DNA of 64,000 bases. Origin: Candidatus Peregrinibacteria bacterium. GTDB lineage: Bacteria; Patescibacteriota; Gracilibacteria; UM-FILTER-43-11. The translations under genes were made by a program, and so were the position numbers. The stretch covers positions 39,119 to 103,118 of the forward strand of contig JAFGTE010000013.1 of NCBI GenBank assembly GCA_016934215.1, given 5' to 3'. Positions 57,036-64,000 of the stretch are shown here, piece after piece. Each line of letters begins with the position of its first letter. Positions within the stretch are counted from its first letter, which is position 1. The notes beneath the pieces are model-generated. The model was given only the letters and a program-made list of their open reading frames with translations, did not search any database and had not been told where the DNA came from.

Positions 57036-57986
57036 TTACGATTGAAAGTGAGTGGCCGCGGCTATCATAGCGGCATTGTCTGTACAAAAAATTTGTTCAA
57101 CTGGCCAGTATACCGGAAGTTTATCAGGGAGTTTTTCGCGAGCCATTTTCCGAAGCAGCTGATTAGCGGAAACTCCCCCGGCCAGATGCACTTCTTTGAC
57201 TTCATGTTCCTGCACGGCCAGAACCAGTTTGTCGATCAGCGTCCCGATGACCGCCTGCTGGAAACTTGCGCAAAGATCTGCAATGGTCTGGTCGTCCGTT
57301 TTTTTTAAGTTTTCAACTTCACGACGCACAGCTGATTTAAGTCCGGAAAAGGAAAAATTATATTTATTTTCTTTGTCGAGCATCGGCCGAGGAAAAGAAA
57401 AACGGGTCGGATTGCCTTTTTCGGCCATTTTTGAAACAGCGGGGCCGCCTGGGTATCCTAAACCAAGCAGGCGAGCGACTTTATCAAAAGCCTCTCCCGC
57501 CGCATCGTCCAGCGTCTCCCCCAGACGTTCAAACTGGTGATGCCCTTTCATCAGCATCAGTTCATTGTGTCCGCCCGATACGGTGAGCACCAGCAAAGGA
57601 AATTGAGGCGGATGTTTCCGTTCTAAAAAATTGGCGTACACATGACCCACGATATGATCGACCTCCATCAGGGGTTTTTGATGAATGTAAGCGATGGTCT
57701 GAGCGGTATTGATGCCAACTAAAAGTGAAGCAATGAGACCGGGATTGGTGGTGATCGCGATAGCATCGATATCTTTCCATTCCAAACCGGCATCTGCCAG
57801 CGCCTTATCGATGACCGGAGAAATCTGTCTTAAATGCTCACGGGCAGCGACTTCGGGCACGACCCCACCGGTCGCCTGATGCATATCGACGGAAGAAGCA
57901 ATAACATTACTGAGCACCTTCACGCCGTCTTCCACCACGGCGGCTGCCGTTTCATCACAGGATGTTTCGATTCCAAAAATCTTCAT
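57036..57986 (-). CDS. tsaD: tRNA N6-threonylcarbamoyltransferase
   Basis: Starts MKIFGIETSCDET at ATG 57986; GGVVPE, HIVGH, VSGGH, DDAAGEAFDK and TDNAAMI motifs. Confidence 0.96.
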   Translation of the reverse strand: MKIFGIETSCDETAAAVVEDGVKVLSNVIASSVDMHQATGGVVPEVAAREHLRQISPVIDKALADAGLEWKDIDAIAITTNPGLIASLLVGINTAQTIAYIHQKPLMEVDHIVGHVYANFLERKHPPQFPLLVLTVSGGHNELMLMKGHHQFERLGETLDDAAGEAFDKVARLLGLGYPGGPAVSKMAEKGNPTRFSFPRPMLDKENKYNFSFSGLKSAVRREVENLKKTDDQTIADLCASFQQAVIGTLIDKLVLAVQEHEVKEVHLAGGVSANQLLRKMAREKLPDKLPVYWPVEQIFCTDNAAMIAAATHFQS

Positions 57987-58016
57987 GCGCCCATTGTAGC
58001 ATGGTAAGATAAGCTT
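57987..58016. promoter_or_regulatory. Back-to-back extended -10 promoters for probably leaderless tsaD and lgt
   Basis: Plus strand TG-g-TAAGAT, 6 nt, ATG; minus strand TG-c-TACAAT, 6 nt, ATG. Confidence 0.6.
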
Positions 58017-58790
58017 ATGATGGATCCTATCGCCTTTGAAATCGGGCCGCTGGCCGTTCGCTGGTACGGCATTGCTTACGCACTCAGCCTGCTGATAACT
58101 ATCGGTATTCTGATTCTGCTTAATAAAAAACGGCCGGTTTTTAAAAACAATACGCAGATCTTTGATTTCCTGTTCTGGATTTTTCTGATCGGCGTGCTCA
58201 TTGGCGGACGGCTTGGTTATGTGCTTTTTTATAACCTGCCTTATTATCTGGAAAATCCGGGCAAAGTCATTGCGCTTTGGGAAGGGGGTATGTCCTTTCA
58301 TGGCGGACTGATCGGATCGGTCCTGGTCGCTTACTATCTGGCTAAAAAGAATCGTCTTGACCTGCTTAAAATGACCGATGTGCTAGCGGTGCCCGGCGGC
58401 CTTGTGACAGCCCTTCCACGTATTGCTAATTTCATTAACCGGGAACTTTTCGGGCGTATTATTGAGAACGAAAGCTGGAAATGGCTGGGGGTGGATTTTG
58501 GTGACGGAGCGCTCCGCTATCCTTCTCAGCTTTTTCAGTCTGCCGGGGCTGTTCTTCTTTTTCTGATTCTGCTCTTTATTTATAGAAGTAAGCCCAGGAA
58601 AGGTGTCACTACAGCCTGTTACTTTATATTTTATGGTTTGATCCGTTTTATAATTGAATTCTGGCGGCAACCTGATATACAGATCGGATTTTTATTCAAA
58701 TATTTTACGCTGGGGCAGATTCTGAGTCTGGCGATGATTATATTAGGTGTCATTGGCTTACGGTGGCTAAAGAAGCCCAAAATTACTTGA
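58017..58790 (+). CDS. lgt: Prolipoprotein diacylglyceryl transferase
   Basis: VRWYG, GGRLGYVLFY, WEGGMSFHGG, RIANFINRE and RYPSQL motifs. Confidence 0.96.
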   Translation: MMDPIAFEIGPLAVRWYGIAYALSLLITIGILILLNKKRPVFKNNTQIFDFLFWIFLIGVLIGGRLGYVLFYNLPYYLENPGKVIALWEGGMSFHGGLIGSVLVAYYLAKKNRLDLLKMTDVLAVPGGLVTALPRIANFINRELFGRIIENESWKWLGVDFGDGALRYPSQLFQSAGAVLLFLILLFIYRSKPRKGVTTACYFIFYGLIRFIIEFWRQPDIQIGFLFKYFTLGQILSLAMIILGVIGLRWLKKPKIT

Positions 58791-58820
58791 CAATAGTTAA
58801 ACTTAATGTTATTAATTATA

Positions 58821-58887
58821 GCCACGGTCTTCGCTGACCCTGGCTCGAAACCCAGTTTCTGAGCGGGTCGGGAGGCCGACCTGCTCA
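58821..58887 (+). promoter_or_regulatory. Structured GC-rich 5' leader of unknown type
   Basis: Three overlapping hairpins, including a 12-bp stem TGAGCGGGTCGG/CCGACCTGCTCA. Confidence 0.45.
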
Positions 58888-58903
58888 TTCAAAAGGAAAA
58901 GTT

Positions 58904-59440
58904 ATGCGATGGAGAAGCTACATCCCCATCTTTTTGATGCCCGCGCTTTTAGGCTGGATGCCTAAGCTTGATCTGGGCGATGACTTGGAGAACATCCTTT
59001 CATCCCACCCACCGTGGCAGGCTGCAAGCGCCCCCCCTGCCCCGCTCCAAGAGCAAGAGGAAACTTCGACAGAGGAAGATGCAGACAAGATCGATGAGAC
59101 TGACTGTTTCTACTCTGGCGTCATCCTGCTTGGCAAGGGCACCCCCCCACCGAGCATTATCCTCGAACACATGTGCGAGAAGGTTCTGGAGGATGGCTCT
59201 ACGACAAACTTCGAAGGGCAACACCGCGAAGTGAAGCGTGACAAGCGGGGGCGGTACGCCATCCCCTTCAGGAACGCCTACCTCAAGATGAGGAGTGGGC
59301 AACCTGTTGTCGTGTTCCTTCACCGGGGAAAGTGGGTAATCAAACCTCTGAAGCATCAGGAGGGTCGACTGTACGATCTCAATGTTGTTCTACGGAAGTT
59401 TGACCTTACCCCCATCCTCGACGACTCGTGGGCACCATGA
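58904..59440 (+). CDS. Hypothetical, probably exported protein
   Basis: 178-aa ORF with hydrophobic N-terminus, visibly GC-richer than its flanks, AAGGA upstream and a terminator downstream. Confidence 0.55.
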   Translation: MRWRSYIPIFLMPALLGWMPKLDLGDDLENILSSHPPWQAASAPPAPLQEQEETSTEEDADKIDETDCFYSGVILLGKGTPPPSIILEHMCEKVLEDGSTTNFEGQHREVKRDKRGRYAIPFRNAYLKMRSGQPVVVFLHRGKWVIKPLKHQEGRLYDLNVVLRKFDLTPILDDSWAP

Positions 59441-59458
59441 AGCCCAATGAGCAGGATC

Positions 59459-59503
59459 ACCTCCCTCACCAACCGCCGCCAGGCGACCGGTGAGGGAGGT
59501 TTT
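59459..59503 (+). terminator. Intrinsic terminator
   Basis: ACCTCCCTCACC...GGTGAGGGAGGT followed by a T run. Confidence 0.7.
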
Positions 59504-59524
59504 CCGAAAACGATAAATAGATAG

Positions 59525-59553
59525 TTGATTTTTGTTTTTAAATATGATATAAT
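59525..59553 (+). promoter_or_regulatory. Sigma70 promoter
   Basis: TTGATT, 17-nt spacer, TATAAT with extended TG. Confidence 0.55.
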
Positions 59554-59596
59554 GAAACATAAAAATAAAAAATTATCATATAATTAAAACAAAAAA

Positions 59597-60568
59597 ATGG
59601 AATTACTACATTTATTCAGACAATTCGAATGTGACCGAAACGTCTATGTGGGCGAATCTGCCCCAAAAAGACAGGAGGCAAAAAAAACCTCTGAAGCAGT
59701 GTCGGAACCAAGCTACGAGCAAATGGAAAAAGACGCAAAACGTCATATTGCAGTCGCTGAAGGAATTCTTAAAGACGTTGAGGATTTTTCGGGATTTAAA
59801 ATTGACCGAAAAGATCCAGAAAAAGTGTACCCGGAACTAAGAAAGAAACCAAACTTACAACTTGCGATATCAAGAATCGTTCAAAATATAGTAGATCTTC
59901 AGCAAGCTATAAGAAAACGAGATGTGTCTTTGGTAAAACTGGGAATGTCATCCAATACACTGAGGACCTATGGGCCTGAGTACTATCACCCAAAGTATGG
60001 TGTTACTTCTCCTGGCGATCCGCTGTTTGCTGTCTGGGCGCCTACAAAAGAATCCTATTCTTATGCTAAAAAAGGAAAGAAAAAGGAAAAACGCGAATCT
60101 CAGGAGTTGTCACCAGAGGTACAAATTGCTATTTTGGCAGAACGTTATCATGAACTGAATCCTAAGAACAGAAGGTACCTTACCAGTAAAGGAGTTCCGG
60201 AGAATGAACTTAAAGATAATGACACAGAAGGCAAAAAAGAAATTGAAATCGCTAAGAATAAAGACAGGCGGGAACGCAGTGCCATATCACGTGATATTTT
60301 GGCTTTAGTCAGAAGGGTTAAACCAATCAAGGCCGGAGATACTGAAGTTTATGCTAATGTGGCTATTCAAAGATCAGAAAACGGTGAAAATTATATGCTT
60401 GTTATCAGAGATCCTAGCCTTCCGAATGTTTGGGATGTGGCTTATATTGGAAAAGCCGATGTAAGAAATGCTAAAAGAGAAGCCGGAAAAAAGGTGGCAC
60501 CAGACGTTGCCGCAAATTATGCATCTTACAAGCTTGACGAAACAGAAGTCGCCTCAAAAACTGCTTAA
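59597..60568 (+). CDS. Hypothetical Lys/Glu-rich protein
   Basis: 323-aa AT-rich ORF with its own promoter; no recognised family. Confidence 0.65.
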   Translation: MELLHLFRQFECDRNVYVGESAPKRQEAKKTSEAVSEPSYEQMEKDAKRHIAVAEGILKDVEDFSGFKIDRKDPEKVYPELRKKPNLQLAISRIVQNIVDLQQAIRKRDVSLVKLGMSSNTLRTYGPEYYHPKYGVTSPGDPLFAVWAPTKESYSYAKKGKKKEKRESQELSPEVQIAILAERYHELNPKNRRYLTSKGVPENELKDNDTEGKKEIEIAKNKDRRERSAISRDILALVRRVKPIKAGDTEVYANVAIQRSENGENYMLVIRDPSLPNVWDVAYIGKADVRNAKREAGKKVAPDVAANYASYKLDETEVASKTA

Positions 60569-60588
60569 AAAAAGAATCAATTGCTACT

Positions 60589-60732
60589 ATGGATGAAGAT
60601 ACACAGAAAATAGCGGATTTGACGAAAGCCTTAGATCAATCTATACATCAGCTCAAGAAAGCCTATAATGAATATAAGGAAGATGCGGATCATGAAAAGG
60701 AAGATCCTGAAGCGCTGCTTGATGATTTGTAA
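60589..60732 (+). CDS. Small acidic helical protein (47 aa), below the ORF-track cutoff
   Basis: MDEDTQKIADLTKALDQSIHQLKKAYNEYKEDADHEKEDPEALLDDL; fills the gap before a terminator. Confidence 0.5.
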   Translation: MDEDTQKIADLTKALDQSIHQLKKAYNEYKEDADHEKEDPEALLDDL

Positions 60733-60752
60733 GGAGATTAAATAAATAACTC

Positions 60753-60790
60753 AAAAAGGTCGTCTCCATCATGGACTTCGACCTTTTTTT
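60753..60790 (+). terminator. Intrinsic terminator
   Basis: AAAAAGGTCG...CGACCTTTTTTT. Confidence 0.65.
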
Positions 60791-60811
60791 GTGCTATAAT
60801 ATATAGATATT

Positions 60812-62854
60812 ATGCTCAAAAAAATCCTTAAATATATCGGCTTGGGGGCCGCGCTCCTACTATTGGTTTTTCTGGTGATGCAGAGGGGCTGGTTTATGGG
60901 GATTCAGCATAGCCTGCAGAATAAATTTTACGACTACGATTCCGCCAGCAGTGAAATCGTGATTGTGGCTATTGATGAAAAAAGTCTGAAACCTGAAAAT
61001 CTGGGGCCTTTTAAAAGCTGGCCGCGTATGAATTACGCTAAGGCTATTGATGTTTTAAATGCCAATAACGCCGCTGCTATCGGGATCGATGTGACCTTTC
61101 CGGATCACTCCATTTTGGGCAGAGATGACGATCAGACACTTGCCGATGCCCTTTCTCAGTATGACAATGTAATTCTGGCTTCCCGTTATTATTTTGACGG
61201 TGAAAAGAAGGGTTATGAATGGCCTAATGAAACAATTCTCAAGGGCCATCCGGTCCCGGGCTGGATCAACATACAACTGGATCCGGATGGTTTTGTGCGG
61301 TCATTGCCGCTCTTTGCGGAATCGGATAAAGGGGTGATTGATGCCTTTTCGCTGGCACTGGCCCGAATTTATCTGCGTGCGGAACCTTCCGATTACCGGG
61401 TTGTAAATAATTATTTTGATTATTCCGAAACTATTCAGATCCCCTCCTGGACCGAAAAAGATAAAGAATCCGGTGAAGAAGTTCATTTTATGTATATCAA
61501 TTACTTCGCTCAGCCCAATAAATTCACTCATATTTCCTTTTTCGATCTGCTCAACGGGAATCTGGTTGATAAAAAAGGAAACCCGATCGACTTTCGGGAT
61601 AAAATTGTGATCATCGGCCCCACGGCGATCGATCTGCAGGATGATTATCTTTCACCGGTCAGCGAGGGGGTGCGTATGCCCGGCGTGGAAATTCATGCCA
61701 ATAATGTCCAGACAGTCATCACTCAGCAGTTTCTGCGGGATCAGTCTAAACTTAGCCTGTGGCTGACCATTTTGGGTATTTTAGCTGTAAATATTGCGCT
61801 TTTCTCATTACTTAAAGTCCGCTACACCATTCCGCTGGTTCTGGTAGAAGTATTCGGTATGCTGGTGGCCGGTATTGTGGCTTATGAGTCCCGCATTCTG
61901 GTAAACGTGGTGTATCCGATTCTGACCATTCTGCTCAGTTTTATCGGCACTTATTTACTGCGTTTTATTATGGAGCAAAGCCAGCGCCAGTTCATTGAAG
62001 GGGCTTTCGGCCATTACGTGAACAAAGATGTCGTCAGACAGATCAAAAAAGATCCTCATATGCTGGAACTGGGGGGTGCCAAACGTGAAATCACGATTTT
62101 CTTTTCGGATATTGCCGGCTTTACCACTATTTCCGAAAAACTGAAACCGGAAGAACTCGTTAAGTTTTTGAACGAATATCTGGGCGAGATGACCACTATC
62201 ATCATCACCAACCAAGGAACTTTAGATAAATACGAGGGGGACGCCATTATGGCTTTCTGGAATGTCCCTATCCCCCAGCACGATCACCCGCTGCATGCCT
62301 GCAAAGCGGCTCTGGAAAATCAGAAACATTTGGCCAAACTTCGTGAAAAATGGGCAAAGACCGGCCTGCCGGAGATTCATATACGTATCGGCCTGAATAC
62401 CGGTGAAGCGGTCGTGGGAAATATGGGTTCTGAGAACCGCTTTGACTACACCGCCATGGGGGATAACGTGAATCTGGCCTCCCGTCTGGAAAGTATCAAC
62501 AAGCAATACGGCACCCGCATTTTGATTTCAGAAAGCACCTACGAAGCTGTCCGGGATCATATGATCTGCCGGGAAATCGATCAGATTCGCGTGAAAGGGA
62601 AGCATGAGCCGGTGAAGATTTATGAACTGATCTGTAAAAAAGAAGACCAGACTAATGAAATCAACGGAAGACTGCATAAATATGCTGAAGCTCTGATGCT
62701 GTACCGCAGTAAACGTTTTGCCGACGCTCAGACACATTTTGAACTCCTTAGAGGTGATGGCCCCTCTGATTTAATGATTCTGCGATGCGCTGAATTCATG
62801 AAAAATCCACCCGCTGAAGATTGGGATGGCGTGTGGAATTTTGAAGTAAAATAA
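60812..62854 (+). CDS. CHASE2-domain class III adenylate cyclase
   Basis: CHASE2 motifs (IVIVAIDEKSL, WPR, DPDGFVR, MPGVEIHA), three TM helices, catalytic FSDIAGFT, DKYEGD and DYTAMGDNVNLASRLE. Confidence 0.93.
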   Translation: MLKKILKYIGLGAALLLLVFLVMQRGWFMGIQHSLQNKFYDYDSASSEIVIVAIDEKSLKPENLGPFKSWPRMNYAKAIDVLNANNAAAIGIDVTFPDHSILGRDDDQTLADALSQYDNVILASRYYFDGEKKGYEWPNETILKGHPVPGWINIQLDPDGFVRSLPLFAESDKGVIDAFSLALARIYLRAEPSDYRVVNNYFDYSETIQIPSWTEKDKESGEEVHFMYINYFAQPNKFTHISFFDLLNGNLVDKKGNPIDFRDKIVIIGPTAIDLQDDYLSPVSEGVRMPGVEIHANNVQTVITQQFLRDQSKLSLWLTILGILAVNIALFSLLKVRYTIPLVLVEVFGMLVAGIVAYESRILVNVVYPILTILLSFIGTYLLRFIMEQSQRQFIEGAFGHYVNKDVVRQIKKDPHMLELGGAKREITIFFSDIAGFTTISEKLKPEELVKFLNEYLGEMTTIIITNQGTLDKYEGDAIMAFWNVPIPQHDHPLHACKAALENQKHLAKLREKWAKTGLPEIHIRIGLNTGEAVVGNMGSENRFDYTAMGDNVNLASRLESINKQYGTRILISESTYEAVRDHMICREIDQIRVKGKHEPVKIYELICKKEDQTNEINGRLHKYAEALMLYRSKRFADAQTHFELLRGDGPSDLMILRCAEFMKNPPAEDWDGVWNFEVK

Positions 62855-62856
62855 GT

Positions 62857-63414
62857 TTAATACAGCACCCAGTACAGCCCAAAGGCAATGGTTACGATGC
62901 CCGCATTCATTCCCATTGTCCGCCAGTCGCGTTTAAAGGGCTTTTTTTTGTATTCTTTTTTTACAAAATAGCGGGTTACGTCATAAAAATAAGTGACCAG
63001 CACAAGAATCAGCAGATAAAGAACCACTGACTGATCTGAATAGAGTGTCAGGGCGGTGCCCGTCAGATATTTCGGCGTAAGCAAACCGACATAATAACCG
63101 CAGGCGGTCACGACAAGCAAATGAACCGCCTGATCGAGAAAGTAGAAAAACAGTATCAATTTAGGATAAGCTTTGTTCAGGACGGTTTTACTCTGATCAA
63201 TGATAATGTGAGTGACGTAAATGATCGCGATAGCGGTCCACACTTTGCTATCAGATAAAAAAGGCGCCAAAACTGCCAACAGGGTCAGCAGATGCACCGT
63301 GCTGTGAATGACGATTCCAAAGAAATGTTCCGATTTATACTTTACGAGACAGGAGGACTGAAACGTGTAATCTGCCAGAAAATGTACCAGATAGAAATAT
63401 AGGAGAAGGCTCAT
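62857..63414 (-). CDS. DUF3307-like membrane protein
   Basis: HFLADYTFQ, HIIIDQSK and LDQAVH His/Asp motifs; multi-TM. Confidence 0.8.
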   Translation of the reverse strand: MSLLLYFYLVHFLADYTFQSSCLVKYKSEHFFGIVIHSTVHLLTLLAVLAPFLSDSKVWTAIAIIYVTHIIIDQSKTVLNKAYPKLILFFYFLDQAVHLLVVTACGYYVGLLTPKYLTGTALTLYSDQSVVLYLLILVLVTYFYDVTRYFVKKEYKKKPFKRDWRTMGMNAGIVTIAFGLYWVLY

Positions 63415-63423
63415 CAGCGATAT

Positions 63424-63816
63424 TTAAGAAAGTTGATTGGCGCGTTTAACGACTTCATAGCTCACCGTGGAAGCAATTGACGGTTTTGTCTCCAGAAGCT
63501 GGCGGAAGTCATCTTTTTTGAGTACCAGTGCTTCTGTTTCATCAATGGCTTTTATGGTAGCGTTACGGGGTTCTTCTGAAACCAGAGCCATTTCACCGAA
63601 AAAGGCATTATTACTAAGCTCTGCGATAATACTGAAATCGCGCAAAACCTGCACTTTGCCGCGCTTAATGATATACATTTCCTCACCATAATCCCCCTGC
63701 TCAAAAATGACCTGTTCGGGGCCAAAGTACTGCATCTGTACTTTTTCGCCGATCGCTGCCAGATCTTCGTCACTGAGCTGAGCAAAGAAAGGAATAGCTT
63801 TTAGTATTTCAATCAT
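63424..63816 (-). CDS. Stand-alone cyclic nucleotide-binding domain protein
   Basis: IFEQGDYG, MYIIKRGKV and FFGEMALVSEEPRNAT phosphate-binding cassette; no HTH. Confidence 0.92.
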   Translation of the reverse strand: MIEILKAIPFFAQLSDEDLAAIGEKVQMQYFGPEQVIFEQGDYGEEMYIIKRGKVQVLRDFSIIAELSNNAFFGEMALVSEEPRNATIKAIDETEALVLKKDDFRQLLETKPSIASTVSYEVVKRANQLS

Positions 63817-63931
63817 GATTTTGTGTTTATTTTGTTAATTTCTTCGCAAAAGAGTATAGCATAGTCTTGATTTTTCCGAAATAGTGTGCTAAGTTGAAAA
63901 AACTGAAATATATTTTTTAATATCCTCTTTT

Positions 63932-64000
63932 GTGAAGTCGATTGTTGTCACCGGTGCCCGTGTTCATAATTTAAAGAATATCAGCGTGGAAATTCCGCGT
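63932..64000 (+). CDS. uvrA: Excinuclease ABC subunit A, N-terminal fragment (runs off the window)
   Basis: GTG start reads MKSIVVTGARVHNLKNISVEIPR, the conserved UvrA N-terminus. Confidence 0.88.
   Translation, partial: MKSIVVTGARVHNLKNISVEIPR

Noticed and set aside
57987-58301. N-terminal extension of TsaD in the ORF track (421 aa)
   Set aside because: It is antisense to lgt, and the conserved TsaD start MKIFGIETSCD is at 57986.
60812-63816. Pycsar-type antiphage system
   Set aside because: The cyclase is a membrane CHASE2 sensor type with purine-specifying residues and is not co-transcribed with the putative effectors.
1-64000. Genetic code 25 (UGA = Gly) as in Gracilibacteria and Absconditabacteria
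   Set aside because: prfB is present, conserved genes are full length under code 11, and TGA ends def, lgt, csaB and the LivH-like gene at the expected positions.

Overview
This 64-kb window is a gene-dense bacterial chromosome segment. Gene content and style suggest a Patescibacteria/CPR organism, most like Peregrinibacteria (inference): scattered ribosomal-protein genes, a type IV pilus locus, DUF4012/LCP/CsaB envelope genes, TrmB-type and HTH regulators, few Shine-Dalgarno motifs and many orphans. Standard code 11 applies, since prfB is present and TGA acts as a stop. Housekeeping genes include lepB, hisS, aroE, nth, recX, nusA, prfB (programmed +1 frameshift), def, tRNA-Leu(TAG), tatD, radA, nadE, ruvX, rpsT, rplJL, rplU, rplS, infB, tmk, folD-purF-purD, nadB, tsaD, lgt and the start of uvrA. 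The most interesting signals are regulatory and absent from the ORF track. (1) A complete Ile-codon leader-peptide attenuator precedes a lone LeuA/CimA-family gene. (2) The RF2 frameshift site carries CCTCCAC where the stimulatory SD normally sits. (3) An L10 leader contains a heptamer-repeat insertion. (4) Two back-to-back leaderless promoters fit in 30 bp. (5) A dispersed 18-19-nt repeat lies at gene ends. (6) A structured 5' leader precedes an orphan gene. (7) An adenylate cyclase sits next to a stand-alone cNMP-binding protein and a membrane protein. No CRISPR array, transposase, integrase or prophage was seen. All calls were made by eye, with no database searches.
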